From Candidatus Shapirobacteria bacterium CG03_land_8_20_14_0_80_40_19 (lineage in GTDB: Bacteria > Patescibacteriota > Microgenomatia > UM-FILTER-40-11), in NCBI GenBank assembly GCA_002780305.1, contig PEVD01000028.1, positions 1 through 48,512 on the forward strand: DNA of 48,512 bases. The letters run 5' to 3'. A program made the position numbers and the translations under genes. The notes under the pieces are model-generated. The model was not told where the DNA came from. It searched no databases and saw nothing but the letters and a program-made list of their open reading frames with translations. Positions 18,351-28,277 of this stretch are shown here, piece by piece (within the stretch, counting starts at the first letter, position 1; each line of letters starts with the position of its first letter).

Positions 18351-18557
18351 ATGAAAAAGAAAATAAAAGAAGAATTAAGAAACAAATCTGTTCCCGAACT
18401 GGAAAAAGAAATTTCGGGAAAGGAGGAGGAATTAGCCAGAGGAAAGATGGATTTGAGGGTGGGCAAGGTCAAAAATACCAGCGCCTTTCGGTTTATGTCG
18501 GATTATTTAGCTGTTGCCAAAACAATTTTAAAAGAAAAACAATTAAAAGATATTTAA
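18351..18557 (+). CDS. rpmC: 50S ribosomal protein L29
   Basis: ELR.KS..EL pattern, and position between rplP and rpsQ. Confidence 0.88.
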   Translation: MKKKIKEELRNKSVPELEKEISGKEEELARGKMDLRVGKVKNTSAFRFMSDYLAVAKTILKEKQLKDI

Positions 18558-18561
18558 AAAA

Positions 18562-18852
18562 ATGAAAAATTTAACCGGACGGGTTATTTCAACCAAAATG
18601 CAAAAAGTAGCGACTGTTTCGATTGAGCAGTCCCGTAAACACCCGCTCTATGGAAAAATCATAAAAAGAAATTATAAAATTCATGCGGTTAACAAAATCG
18701 GGGCGAAGAAGGGAGACAAAGTTATAATTACCGAAATCAGACCGGTAGCGAAGACAGTTAACTTTGTCATTAAAGAAATTTTAGGCAAAGAAACCAAAAC
18801 AGAAAAAAAGGCAAAGCCGGCCAAGAAAACGGCGGTTAAGGAGAAAAAATAA
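18562..18852 (+). CDS. rpsQ: 30S ribosomal protein S17
   Basis: GRVISTKMQK, HPLYGK, GDKVII.E.RP. Confidence 0.97.
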   Translation: MKNLTGRVISTKMQKVATVSIEQSRKHPLYGKIIKRNYKIHAVNKIGAKKGDKVIITEIRPVAKTVNFVIKEILGKETKTEKKAKPAKKTAVKEKK

Positions 18853-19221
18853 ATGGTTCAATTAAGAACGATATTAACACCTGCCGATAATTGCGGCGCC
18901 CGCAGACTGCGGGTGATCCATATTTACACCGGTTTTCAGAGAACCAAGGCCACGATGGGAGAAACAGTTTTGGCAGTGGTTGACGGCGCCGATCCGAATG
19001 GAGTGGTTAAAGACAGCGAGAAAGTCAGAGTGGTAATTGTGAGGGCTAAGAAAGGAATCCGCCGGACCGACGGAACTCATATCCGGTTTGACGACAATGC
19101 GGGAGTGATTATTGACAAAGAGGGCAATCCGATAGGAACCCGGGTTTTTGGTCCGGTTGCCCGCGAAGTTAAAGAAAAGGGATTTAATAAAATAGCCTCA
19201 CTGGCAAAGGAAATGTATTAA
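18853..19221 (+). CDS. rplN: 50S ribosomal protein L14
   Basis: ADNCGA, IRFDDNA, GTRVFGPVARE. Confidence 0.98.
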   Translation: MVQLRTILTPADNCGARRLRVIHIYTGFQRTKATMGETVLAVVDGADPNGVVKDSEKVRVVIVRAKKGIRRTDGTHIRFDDNAGVIIDKEGNPIGTRVFGPVAREVKEKGFNKIASLAKEMY

Positions 19222-19223
19222 AA

Positions 19224-19529
19224 ATGAAGATAAAAAAAGGCGATAAAGTTAAAATGTTATCCGGAAAAGATAAAGGCCAGACAGGTACAGTTGAGCGGGT
19301 TTTTATCAAAAAAGGGAAAGTTTTAGTCGCCGGACTCAATCTTTATAAAAAACATCAAAAGCCCAGGGGTGAAGGGAAACCGGGGGGCATTGTCAGCTTG
19401 GCTCGGCCGGTCTTGGTCTGTCGGGTTGCGCTTCTTTGCCCGAAGTGCGGAAAAGTAACGAGAGTCGGCTATCAGATATCCGGAAAAGAAAAATTTAGAA
19501 TTTGTAAAAAATGCAAAGAAAAAATATGA
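19224..19529 (+). CDS. rplX: 50S ribosomal protein L24
   Basis: KIKKGDKV..LSGKDKG KOW motif and C-terminal CxxC pairs. Confidence 0.97.
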   Translation: MKIKKGDKVKMLSGKDKGQTGTVERVFIKKGKVLVAGLNLYKKHQKPRGEGKPGGIVSLARPVLVCRVALLCPKCGKVTRVGYQISGKEKFRICKKCKEKI

Positions 19530-20095
19530 ATTTATTAGAAAAATACCATCAAGAGATTATTCCTCAACTTCAGAAAGAAATGGGAGTTAGTTCTGTTATG
19601 GCGGTGCCGAGAGTGGTTAAGGTAGTCATTAATGTCGGTCTTAAAGAAGCGAAAGATGACAAGAAAGTTTTGGAAACGGTCGGAGCATGGTTAGCCGTGA
19701 TTAGCGGACAAAAAGCAAAAATCTGTCGGGCCAAGAAGTCGATTGCCGGATTCAAATTGGGGAAAGGCCAACCGATTGGTATGGCCGTTACTTTAAGAGG
19801 CAAAAGAGCCTTTGCCTTTTTGGAAAAACTTTTTTCAATTGTGTTGCCGAGGGTTAGAGATTTTTCCGGTTTAAGCCTTAGCGGATTTGACGGTCAAGGA
19901 AATTATTCTTTGGGAATAAGCGAGCAAACAGTTTTTTCGGAAATTGATTTTTCAAAAATTGATAAAGTCAGGGGGTTGCAGGTAACGATTGTCAGCAGCG
20001 CGAAAGATGACCAAAAAGCAAAATTGTTATTAACAAAATTAGGAATGCCGTTTGTAAAGGAGTTGAAGGATGGCCAGCAGAGCAAAAATAATTAG
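19526..20095 (+). CDS. rplE: 50S ribosomal protein L5
   Basis: [28 protein letters not shown]. Confidence 0.98.
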   Translation: MNLLEKYHQEIIPQLQKEMGVSSVMAVPRVVKVVINVGLKEAKDDKKVLETVGAWLAVISGQKAKICRAKKSIAGFKLGKGQPIGMAVTLRGKRAFAFLEKLFSIVLPRVRDFSGLSLSGFDGQGNYSLGISEQTVFSEIDFSKIDKVRGLQVTIVSSAKDDQKAKLLLTKLGMPFVKELKDGQQSKNN

Positions 20096-20261
20096 AGAAA
20101 GCAACAAAAAAATGTTAAAATATGAAACCCGCCATCGCAACCGGTGTTTACTATGCGGGCGACCCAGGGGTTATCTGCGGATGTTCGGTTTGTGCCGCCT
20201 CTGTTTTCGCAAGTTTGCCAACAGAGGGGAAATACCGGGCGTCAGGAAAGCGAGTTGGTAA
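20070..20261 (+). CDS. rpsN: 30S ribosomal protein S14 (zinc type)
   Basis: [28 protein letters not shown]. Confidence 0.97.
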   Translation: MASRAKIIRESNKKMLKYETRHRNRCLLCGRPRGYLRMFGLCRLCFRKFANRGEIPGVRKASW

Positions 20262-20266
20262 AAAAT

Positions 20267-20656
20267 ATGGATACTGTTGCCAATTTTTTGATCAGAATTA
20301 AAAATAGCAGTTTAGCGGGTAAACAAAACCTGGCTGTTCCTTTTTCTAAATTTAACCACCAGATGGCCATAATCTTGGAAAAAGAGGGTTTTCTGGAGAA
20401 GACTTCTTTAGTTGAAGAAAAAGGGAGAAAGAAACTGGTGCTTGCCTTGACCAAGAAAGACAAGAAAATTTCCAAGATAGAAGTTAGGCGAATTTCGAAG
20501 CCCGGAAGAAGAGTTTATGCGAAAGCAAGTGATTTAAAAAGGCTGCGCGGATCTTGGATTACCGTTGTTTCCACCCCAGAGGGTTTGTTTAATGCCAAAG
20601 AAGCGTTAAACCAGAATTTAGGGGGAGAAATTATTTGTAAAATTGCCAAAATTTAA
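20267..20656 (+). CDS. rpsH: 30S ribosomal protein S8
   Basis: D.VANFLIRIKN, RISKPGRRVY, STPEG, GGEIIC. Confidence 0.97.
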   Translation: MDTVANFLIRIKNSSLAGKQNLAVPFSKFNHQMAIILEKEGFLEKTSLVEEKGRKKLVLALTKKDKKISKIEVRRISKPGRRVYAKASDLKRLRGSWITVVSTPEGLFNAKEALNQNLGGEIICKIAKI

Positions 20657-20657
20657 T

Positions 20658-21215
20658 ATGTCAAAAATCGGTAAGAAACCAATTAAAATTGCTGAAGGAG
20701 TGAAGGTTAGTTTGGAGGGTAAAACACTGAATGTAAATGGACCCCTGGGAGGAAGGACAGTAGTTTTACCGGAAGGAATTGAAGCGGTGGTGGGGGAGAA
20801 AGAGATCAGCTTGACCAGGAAATCAGACGGTAAGAATTTTAAAGCCCTGCACGGGACATACGCCCGGCTGGTTCGGAATGCTATTACCGGGGTCAGAGAA
20901 GGGTTTGAAAAGGTTTTGGAAATTGTGGGAACCGGGTACCGGGGACAAATGGAAGGCAATACTTTAATTCTTTCGCTGGGCTATTCACACCAAATAAAAT
21001 TTCCTGCCCCGGAAGGAATAAAGCTTTCGGTTGAAGAAAACAGCCGCCTAAAAATTTTTGGAATTGATAAGAACTTGGTAGGAACGGTAACTCACAATAT
21101 TAAAATTCTGCGGAAACCTGACTCCTATAAAGGGAAAGGGATCCGTTACTTGGGTGAAAAACTGCGCCTTAAACCGGGTAAGGCAGCGGCCAAAGCCGGA
21201 CCGGCGGCAAAATAA
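20658..21215 (+). CDS. rplF: 50S ribosomal protein L6
   Basis: MSKIGKKPI, LGYSH, PDSYKGKGIRY. Confidence 0.98.
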   Translation: MSKIGKKPIKIAEGVKVSLEGKTLNVNGPLGGRTVVLPEGIEAVVGEKEISLTRKSDGKNFKALHGTYARLVRNAITGVREGFEKVLEIVGTGYRGQMEGNTLILSLGYSHQIKFPAPEGIKLSVEENSRLKIFGIDKNLVGTVTHNIKILRKPDSYKGKGIRYLGEKLRLKPGKAAAKAGPAAK

Positions 21216-21216
21216 T

Positions 21217-21567
21217 ATGGAAGATAAATTTAAAAAGCGATCAAGGAGGATGGCGAGAACTAAAAGCCGTTTACCGCAAACAGGCAACCGTCTTTTGGTT
21301 ACCCGCTCTTGTAAATATATTTTTGCCCAGGTTATCGATATTAAGACCGGTAAAACCCTTATTGGGTTGTCTGATAGAATTTTTACGGCTGAAAAAAAAG
21401 AAAAAATGACTAAAACCGAAAACGCAAAGGTTTTTGGGGAGAAGTTCGCCAAGGAAGCAATTGGCTTAAAAATTAAAGAGGTTATTTTTGACCGCGGCGG
21501 TAATCTTTACCACGGCCGGGTGAAAGCCTTTGCAGAAGGGGCGAGAGAAGGAGGATTAGAGTTCTAA
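21217..21567 (+). CDS. rplR: 50S ribosomal protein L18
   Basis: RLLVTRS, FDRGG.LYHGRVKA.AEGAREGGLEF. Confidence 0.97.
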   Translation: MEDKFKKRSRRMARTKSRLPQTGNRLLVTRSCKYIFAQVIDIKTGKTLIGLSDRIFTAEKKEKMTKTENAKVFGEKFAKEAIGLKIKEVIFDRGGNLYHGRVKAFAEGAREGGLEF

Positions 21568-21580
21568 TGATGGAGATTTT

Positions 21581-21722
21581 CTAAAATCCTAAACTCAAAA
21601 CTCTAAATCCTAAACAATATCAAATGTACAAATTACCAAAATCAAAAACAAATGTTTTGAAAATTTGTGTTTATAAAATTTGGATTTATTTAGAATTTAG
21701 TGCTTAGTATTTAGAATTTTTC
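21581..21722. repeat. Inverted array of degenerate heptamer repeats
   Basis: CTAAAAT CCTAAAC TCAAAAC TCTAAAT CCTAAAC mirrored by TTTAGAA TTTAGTG CTTAGTA TTTAGAA. Confidence 0.75.
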
Positions 21723-21728
21723 AAAATT

Positions 21729-22181
21729 ATGGCAAGATACGAAGAACCAAGAGTAGAAAAAGAATTTGAAGAAAAAGTTGTTCAGGTTAACCGGGTTTCC
21801 AAGAAAACCAAAGGCGGGAACCGGATTTCTTTTTCTGTTTTGGTGGTGGTCGGTGATAAAAAAGGCAGGGTCGGTGTAGGCTTGGGAAAATCCAAAGAAG
21901 TTGCCAGCGGAGTGGCAAAAGCGGTTTCATACGCCAAAAAACACTTGATTACCGTTCCTCTTAAGGGCACGACTATTCCCCATGATGTCCGGGTTAAATT
22001 GGGGGCGGCTGAAGTATTACTGAAGCCGGCGCCGACAGGATCGGGCCTTATTGCCGGAGGTGCAGTCCGGGTGGTGGTGGAGGCGGTAGGAGTCAGAGAC
22101 ATTTCTTCTAAAGTATTGGGAACCAATAATAAAGCCTCTAACGTTTATGCTTGTCTAGAGGCGCTGAAGAAATTAAGATGA
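21729..22181 (+). CDS. rpsE: 30S ribosomal protein S5
   Basis: VNRVSKKTKGG, VVVGD.KGRVG, LIAGGAVR. Confidence 0.98.
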   Translation: MARYEEPRVEKEFEEKVVQVNRVSKKTKGGNRISFSVLVVVGDKKGRVGVGLGKSKEVASGVAKAVSYAKKHLITVPLKGTTIPHDVRVKLGAAEVLLKPAPTGSGLIAGGAVRVVVEAVGVRDISSKVLGTNNKASNVYACLEALKKLR

Positions 22182-22639
22182 ACCTATCAACATTAACTAA
22201 ATTAACAACTAAATCGAAAAAGCGGATTGGCCGCGGTTATGGGAGTGGTCGCGGCGGTCACGCTTCAACCCGCGGTTCTAAGGGCCAGAAAGCCAGACGA
22301 AGCATCAGTTTGATTTTTGAAGGTTCAAAACTTAAAAAATCATGGGTCAAACGGTTGCCTCTGCTTCGGGGAAAAGCCAAATTTAAATCTCACAATTCGG
22401 GTTCATATCTGGTTAATTTGGACCAGTTGGCGGTTTTTAAAGATAAAGATGAAATAACACTGGCTTCTTTAAAACAAAAATCGATTTTGCCAAAACGCCT
22501 CAAAAGTAATATTCCGGTAAAGATTTTAAGCCGGGGCGAATTAAAGGCCGGCTTAACGGTCTTACTTCCCTGTTCAAAGGCAGCGGCGGAAAAAATTAAA
22601 AAAGCCGGCGGAACAATAGGAGAGGAGAACATAAAGTGA
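22178..22639 (+). CDS. rplO: 50S ribosomal protein L15
   Basis: [25 protein letters not shown]. Confidence 0.97.
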   Translation: MNLSTLTKLTTKSKKRIGRGYGSGRGGHASTRGSKGQKARRSISLIFEGSKLKKSWVKRLPLLRGKAKFKSHNSGSYLVNLDQLAVFKDKDEITLASLKQKSILPKRLKSNIPVKILSRGELKAGLTVLLPCSKAAAEKIKKAGGTIGEENIK

Positions 22640-23931
22640 TTGAAAGAATTTTTACTGATCTAAAAACAGCGGTAAAGATTCCCGAACTGAAAAAAAAGAT
22701 TCTCTTTACCGCCCTTATTTTGTTTATCTTCCGTTTATTGGCGCATATTCCGGTGGCGGGGGTTGATCTGGTTTCTCTTAAACAGCTTTTTTTAAACAAC
22801 CAATTTTTAGGGTTGTTGGATGTTTTTTCCGGAGGAACATTGGCCAATTTTTCCGTTATGGCTCTGGGTTTGAATCCCTATATCAACACCTCAATTATTT
22901 TTCAGTTGCTGACAATGGTTTTTCCTAAATTGGAAGCGCTTTCCAAAGAAGGTGAATACGGCCGGGAGAAAATTAATCAGTATACACGGATGGTAACTGT
23001 CCCCTTAGCGGCTTTGCAGGGTTTTGGCATGTACGCCCTGCTTCACGGTCAAAAAATAATCGGCAATCTCTCCCCTTTGTCTCTCGTTGCCATGATTGCG
23101 ACGATGGTGGCGGGAACAGTTTTTTTGATGTGGTTGGGAGAGTTGGTTACCGAAAAAGGGATCGGCAATGGGATTTCCATGATTATTTTTGCCGGTATTG
23201 TCGGCCGACTGCCGGTTTCTTTTATGCAGACAACTTCAGTGCTTGAAGCAACCAACATTTTTAACCTGGTGGTTTTTTTGGTCATGGCGGTGGCGGTGAT
23301 CGCCTCGGTGGTTTTTATGGAAGAAGCGGTCCGTAAGGTAAAAATCGAGTATGCCCGCCGGATATCCGGCGGCAAAATGTATGGAGGGCAATCAACTTAT
23401 TTACCCTTAAAAATTAATCAGGCGGGGGTAATTCCGATAATCTTTGCCGTTTCTTTTGTTCTTATCCCTTCAATGTTGGGTCGGTTTCTTTCCCAAGTCC
23501 CCCAAAAAACACTGGCTTCGTTTGCCGCCGGTTTGGCCAATTTTATGAGTCCCGGCGGTATTGCCTACAACTTGATTTATTTTTTCTTAGTAGTGGGTTT
23601 TACCTATTTTTATACGGCGGTTATTTTTAATCCGGTTAAAATTGCCGATGAAATAAAAAAACACGGCGGTTTTATTCCGGGAATCAGGCCGGGTAAACCG
23701 ACCGCTGATTTTTTAAGCGGGATTTTGACTAAAATTACCCTGGCGGGAGCGCTTTTTTTGGGAACCGTGGCAATACTGCCCTCAATCATGCAAAAAGCGA
23801 CGGGAATTTCAACCTTGGCGATTGGCGGAACGGGAATATTAATTGTGGTTTCGGTAATTTTAGAAACCTTCCGGGTGATTGAAAATATGATTCAAATGCA
23901 CGGATACGAGAAATTCCTAGATAAACACTAA
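22636..23931 (+). CDS. secY: Preprotein translocase subunit SecY
   Basis: [39 protein letters not shown]. Confidence 0.98.
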   Translation: MIERIFTDLKTAVKIPELKKKILFTALILFIFRLLAHIPVAGVDLVSLKQLFLNNQFLGLLDVFSGGTLANFSVMALGLNPYINTSIIFQLLTMVFPKLEALSKEGEYGREKINQYTRMVTVPLAALQGFGMYALLHGQKIIGNLSPLSLVAMIATMVAGTVFLMWLGELVTEKGIGNGISMIIFAGIVGRLPVSFMQTTSVLEATNIFNLVVFLVMAVAVIASVVFMEEAVRKVKIEYARRISGGKMYGGQSTYLPLKINQAGVIPIIFAVSFVLIPSMLGRFLSQVPQKTLASFAAGLANFMSPGGIAYNLIYFFLVVGFTYFYTAVIFNPVKIADEIKKHGGFIPGIRPGKPTADFLSGILTKITLAGALFLGTVAILPSIMQKATGISTLAIGGTGILIVVSVILETFRVIENMIQMHGYEKFLDKH

Positions 23932-24000
23932 TAATTAACGGATTAACGGATTACGAATTAACGAATTCGTTAATCTTTTAATCTTTTAATTTTTTAATAA
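23932..24000. repeat. Inverted array of about 8-bp repeats with central palindrome
   Basis: ATTAACGG-type units, perfect palindrome ATTAACGAATTCGTTAAT 23957-23974, then TTTTAATC units. Confidence 0.75.
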
Positions 24001-24004
24001 ATAT

Positions 24005-24661
24005 ATGAATCTTTTAATAGTCGGACCCCAGGCTTCAGGTAAAGGGACACAGGCGGAAAAGCTGGTCGATAAGTTTAATCTTGCCCATATTGAGATGGGA
24101 GGCTTGCTTAGAAACATGGCCAAAGAAGATTCTTCTTTTGGGAAGCAGGTAGCCGAGTTGATAAACAGTGGTCAATTGGTACCCGACGAAATGATTATTG
24201 AGGTTATTAATAAATATTTGGCTAATATTGGAAAGCTTGACGGAATTCTTTTTGATGGATTTCCCCGGATTGTTTCCCAGGCGGAGTATTTCGATAATTT
24301 TTTAAGCCAAAAAGGGCAAAAGCTGGACTTGGTAGTTTATTTGACTCTCCCCCGTGAGGAAGTTTTTAAAAGACTAATCAATCGAAGGATTTGCAGTCAG
24401 TGCGGAAAGGTTTTTAATATTTTGACTAACCCGCCCAAGGTCGAGGGGATTTGTGATTTTTGCGGGGGAGCGCTGGTTATCAGGGAAGATGACACTCCGG
24501 AAAAGATAAATAAAAGGCTTGACGGATTTGAAAACAAAACCGTACCGATGATTGAATATTATAAGCAAAAAGGGATAGTTGAAAAACTTGACGGTAATCG
24601 GCCGATTGAAGTTATTTTTGATGATGTTGTTGAAAGAATGAAAAAGCGGGGACTGCTTTAA
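24005..24661 (+). CDS. adk: Adenylate kinase
   Basis: GPQASGKGTQA, DGFPR, zinc lid CSQC/CDFC. Confidence 0.97.
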   Translation: MNLLIVGPQASGKGTQAEKLVDKFNLAHIEMGGLLRNMAKEDSSFGKQVAELINSGQLVPDEMIIEVINKYLANIGKLDGILFDGFPRIVSQAEYFDNFLSQKGQKLDLVVYLTLPREEVFKRLINRRICSQCGKVFNILTNPPKVEGICDFCGGALVIREDDTPEKINKRLDGFENKTVPMIEYYKQKGIVEKLDGNRPIEVIFDDVVERMKKRGLL

Positions 24662-24662
24662 A

Positions 24663-25445
24663 ATGGCTAAAATTAATTTGAAGACTCCGCAGGAAATTGC
24701 CATCGCTGCCGAAAGCGGGGAAATATTGGGCAGGATAATGGGCGAGGTTTTTAAAAAAATTAAGCCAAGACTTAATACTCTGGAAATTAATGATTGGATA
24801 GAAGAAAAGATTATTCGGAACAAAGCCAAACCTTCTTTTAAGCTTGTCCCCGGTTATCACTGGGCGGCCTGTGTCGGGGTGAACAATGAAGTGGTTCACA
24901 GTATCCCTCGTAAGGACAAGATTATTAAAGAAGGAGACTTATTAAAAATTGATGCCGGGGTTTATTGGCGGGGGTTTCACAGCGATGCGTCGTGGACAAC
25001 GATAGTGGGAAATCAGAAATTAGATATTAGAAATCTAAAATTTTTGGAAGCGGGAAAAGAAGCTTTAAAAAAGGCGATTGAGGCGGCGAAGCCGGGGAAT
25101 CGTGTTGGTCATATCAGCCAGGCGATACAGCAAACGATACAAAAAGCGGGCTACAGTCCGGTGGAAGTGCTGACCGGACACGGGATCGGCCGTAAACTGC
25201 ATGAGGAGCCGTTTATTCCCGGAGTTCTTAAGGGTGACATTGGGAAAACAGAACTAATACGGCCAGGAATGTTGCTGGCAATTGAGGTCATTTATAATCA
25301 AGGAAAGCCGGAGGTGGTTATGGAAGATGATGGCTGGACTATTTCTACGAAAGATGGTAAAATGTCGGGGCTGTTTGAAGAGACGGTCGCGGTTGGCGAA
25401 AACGGGCCCCTAACTTTAACAAGGGTGGGGGATTTTTTATGTTGA
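24663..25445 (+). CDS. map: Methionine aminopeptidase type I
   Basis: VNNEVVHSIP, IDAG, HSDAS, GHGIG..LHEEP, FEETV. Confidence 0.96.
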   Translation: MAKINLKTPQEIAIAAESGEILGRIMGEVFKKIKPRLNTLEINDWIEEKIIRNKAKPSFKLVPGYHWAACVGVNNEVVHSIPRKDKIIKEGDLLKIDAGVYWRGFHSDASWTTIVGNQKLDIRNLKFLEAGKEALKKAIEAAKPGNRVGHISQAIQQTIQKAGYSPVEVLTGHGIGRKLHEEPFIPGVLKGDIGKTELIRPGMLLAIEVIYNQGKPEVVMEDDGWTISTKDGKMSGLFEETVAVGENGPLTLTRVGDFLC

Positions 25446-25657
25446 AAAAGGACGAAATTGAAATAGAAGGAACGATAACCGAAAATCTGCCTAATACTAC
25501 TTTCAGAGTGGAAACAGCCGACGGCAGGCAAATATTGTGCGTCATGTCCGGGAGGATGAGACTGCACCATATCCGGGTTTTACCGGGTGACCGGGTGAGG
25601 GTTGTTATTACTCCCTACGATCAGGGAAAAGGGAGGATAACTTATAAACTTAAGTAA
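25439..25657 (+). CDS. infA: Translation initiation factor IF-1
   Basis: [22 protein letters not shown]. Confidence 0.97.
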   Translation: MLKKDEIEIEGTITENLPNTTFRVETADGRQILCVMSGRMRLHHIRVLPGDRVRVVITPYDQGKGRITYKLK

Positions 25658-25671
25658 TTAGTAATAAAAAG

Positions 25672-25785
25672 ATGAAAGTACAAGCGTCAGTCAAAAAAAG
25701 GTGCCGTTCATGCAAAGTAGTCTGCCGTCGGGGGGCAATTCACATTGTTTGTAAAAATCCGAAACATAAGCAGAGACAGGGGTAA
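25672..25785 (+). CDS. rpmJ: 50S ribosomal protein L36 (below the ORF-track size cutoff)
   Basis: Manual translation [37 protein letters not shown]. Confidence 0.97.
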   Translation: MKVQASVKKRCRSCKVVCRRGAIHIVCKNPKHKQRQG

Positions 25786-25789
25786 AAAA

Positions 25790-25868
25790 TAAGAAGCACA
25801 GAAGTAAAGTTTCAAAGATGCAAAGAAAAACAACTCTGAAACTTTGAAGCTTTGTGTCTTTGAAGCTT
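25790..25868. repeat. Inverted about 8-bp periodic repeat array
   Basis: TTCAAAGATGCAAAG 25811-25825 pairs with CTTTGTGTCTTTGAA 25850-25864 (two G-U pairs). Confidence 0.6.
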
Positions 25869-25875
25869 AAAAAAT

Positions 25876-26295
25876 ATGCCGAGAATTATTGGAATAAATT
25901 TACCGGAAGCAAAAAGAATTGATATTGCCCTAACCCATATTTTCGGGGTTGGCCGAAAAAATGTGGTCCGGATTTTAAGTGAAGCTAAGGTTGACGGAGC
26001 GAAAAAAGCCGGCAGTTTGTCGGATGAAGAAACTACCAGATTGCAAAAATCAATTGAAGGCAACACAAAAGTTGAGGGAGATTTACGGCGGGAAATTCAA
26101 GAAAATGTTAAAAGACTTAAACAAATTGGTTCTTACCGCGGAAGAAGGCATATTGCTAACTTGCCGGTGCGCGGGCAAAGAACCCGGAGCAATGCCCGGA
26201 CCAAAAGAGGCAAAAGGGTGACCATCGGGGCGCTTAAAAAAGATGATTTGGCAAAAAAACAGCAACCGGAACCGATAAAAACCAAATCAGCTTAA
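25876..26295 (+). CDS. rpsM: 30S ribosomal protein S13
   Basis: ALTHIFGVG, YRGRRH...LPVRGQRTRSNART. Confidence 0.98.
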   Translation: MPRIIGINLPEAKRIDIALTHIFGVGRKNVVRILSEAKVDGAKKAGSLSDEETTRLQKSIEGNTKVEGDLRREIQENVKRLKQIGSYRGRRHIANLPVRGQRTRSNARTKRGKRVTIGALKKDDLAKKQQPEPIKTKSA

Positions 26296-26319
26296 GATAT
26301 CAAAATTATTTAAAAAAAC

Positions 26320-26685
26320 ATGGCGGAAAAACAAAAAACGCTGTCAGTTGCAAAAATTAATGTTTTGGCGACTTTTAACAATACGATTATTTCAATTGCC
26401 GACACGGAGGGAAATGTTTTTTTCCAGGAATCGGCTGGATCAAGCGGATTTAAAGGGGCGAGAAAAGCTACCCCTTATGCGGCAACAGTGGCAACGGAAA
26501 AAGCTTTAGTTAAAGCAAAACAAATCGGTTTAAAAGAGGTTGATGTTTATATAAAGGGCCCTGGTGTCGGCCGGGATGCGGCCTTGCGCGCGGTTAGGGC
26601 GGCAAATCTTAAACTGCGCTTGATTGCGGATATAACCCCGATTCCTCACGATGGAGTCAAGCCGAGAAAGAAGAGGAGGGTTTAA
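26320..26685 (+). CDS. rpsK: 30S ribosomal protein S11
   Basis: TFNNTII, GFKGARKATPYAA, GPGVGR, DITPIPHDG. Confidence 0.98.
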   Translation: MAEKQKTLSVAKINVLATFNNTIISIADTEGNVFFQESAGSSGFKGARKATPYAATVATEKALVKAKQIGLKEVDVYIKGPGVGRDAALRAVRAANLKLRLIADITPIPHDGVKPRKKRRV

Positions 26686-26686
26686 G

Positions 26687-27310
26687 ATGACAGCCATAAG
26701 AGAAAGGAAGTGCCGGCTTTGCCGGCAGTCGGGGAAAAAACTTTTCTTAAAAGGAGAAAGATGTCTTTCCAAGTGTCCGATTGACCGCCGGGGGGCAGTT
26801 CCTCCGGGTCAGCACGGGAATAAACGGAAAAGGAAGCCTTCCGAGTATGGAATTCACCTGTCGGAAACAATGAAAGTTAAGCGGATTTTTGGGATTAATG
26901 AGCGCCAGTTGCGCAATTGCTTCAGGCAGGCAAGAAAGGTGAGAGAAGCAACAGGAGAGTCGCTTTTACAAATATTGGAATCAAGGCTTGATAATTTGGT
27001 TTACCGTTTGGGCTTTGCTTCTTCAAGGCGCCTGGCTCGCCAACTGGTTGATCACGGCCATGTTTTAGTTGATGGGAAAAAAGTGAATATTCCCTCTTTC
27101 CTGGTCAAAGAAAACCAGTTGGTTTCACTGGGAGGGAAAGCTCTTAATTTAACTGAAGTAAAAAAGAAACTGGAAGAAAAAGATTATAAACTTCCGGTTT
27201 GGTTAGAGCGAAAAGTTTCTGTCGGTAAACTGTCCCGGTTGCCTAAAAAAGAGGAAATGGAAACGGAAATTGACGAGCAATTGCTGGTTGAATATTATTC
27301 CAGAAAGTAA
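26687..27310 (+). CDS. rpsD: 30S ribosomal protein S4
   Basis: CRLCR, PPGQHG, LESRLDNLVYRLG, VEYYSR. Confidence 0.98.
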   Translation: MTAIRERKCRLCRQSGKKLFLKGERCLSKCPIDRRGAVPPGQHGNKRKRKPSEYGIHLSETMKVKRIFGINERQLRNCFRQARKVREATGESLLQILESRLDNLVYRLGFASSRRLARQLVDHGHVLVDGKKVNIPSFLVKENQLVSLGGKALNLTEVKKKLEEKDYKLPVWLERKVSVGKLSRLPKKEEMETEIDEQLLVEYYSRK

Positions 27311-27358
27311 AATTTATTATTTTAGCAATTATTTATTTTTTTAAATTAAAGGAGTTTT

Positions 27359-28276
27359 ATGATTGAACCAAATTTTCAGATGAAGGTCGAAAAAGAAAGC
27401 CGGGATTTCGGAGTTTTTACTCTTGAGCCGTTACAGCGGGGTTACGGCCAGACTTTGGGCAATGCCCTGAGAAGGGTGTTGCTTTCCAGCCTGCCGGGAG
27501 CCGCGATTACCAAAGCCAAAATTTCCGGGACCAAACATCTTTTTTCTACCTTGAAAGGTTTGAAGGAAGATATTGTCGAATTCACCCTGAACGTTAAAAA
27601 AATCCGCCTCGCTTACAGCGGAGATAAACCGGTTAAAATTTCTCTTTTTAAAACCGGACCGGGACCGATTCTTGCCGGTGATTTTGAAGTTCCTGTCGAG
27701 GTGGAAATTATTAATAAGGATTTGGTTTTAGGCAACCTTTCCGACAATTCCTCTCATTTTAAAGGAGATTTTTGGGTTTCCTCCGGATATGGTTATGTTC
27801 CCTTTGAAGAAGCGCCGTCTGAAGAAATAGGAATTATTCCGCTTGACGCAGTTTTTACACCGGTAAAGAGGGTGAATTACAAAGTCAGTGCTACCCGCGT
27901 CGGCCGGGTGACTGATTTTGATAAACTGACGCTGGAGATTATCACCGACGGGACGGTTAAACCAAAAGATGCTTTAATTTTCGCCGCCAAAAAATTGTCA
28001 ACTTTTTTTACCCAGATTTATAATCCCAAAGGAGTGCCGGTTGACGAGGAACTTCCCGAAAGACAGCTCGACGACCAGGAAGAAAGTCTGACGGTTGAAG
28101 AATTGGGTTTACCGACCCGCATTGTCAATGCTCTTTTGAAGGTCGGAGTAAAGAATGTGGCCGATTTAAGAGAGACCGGTTTCAAAAAACTTTCCAAGGT
28201 TAAAAATCTGGGCGGGAAGTCGCTGAAAATAATTGAAGCCGCGCTGGTAGAAAAAGATATCAAGATGGAAGAATAA
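27359..28276 (+). CDS. rpoA: RNA polymerase subunit alpha
   Basis: EPLQRGYGQTLGNALRRVLLSSLPG, alpha-CTD NLGGKS. Confidence 0.98.
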   Translation: MIEPNFQMKVEKESRDFGVFTLEPLQRGYGQTLGNALRRVLLSSLPGAAITKAKISGTKHLFSTLKGLKEDIVEFTLNVKKIRLAYSGDKPVKISLFKTGPGPILAGDFEVPVEVEIINKDLVLGNLSDNSSHFKGDFWVSSGYGYVPFEEAPSEEIGIIPLDAVFTPVKRVNYKVSATRVGRVTDFDKLTLEIITDGTVKPKDALIFAAKKLSTFFTQIYNPKGVPVDEELPERQLDDQEESLTVEELGLPTRIVNALLKVGVKNVADLRETGFKKLSKVKNLGGKSLKIIEAALVEKDIKMEE

Positions 28277-28277
28277 A

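Noticed and set aside
12704-25868. Periodic repeats as a possible CRISPR array
   Set aside because: Units are 7-8 bp, degenerate and have no unique spacers. There are no cas genes in the window.
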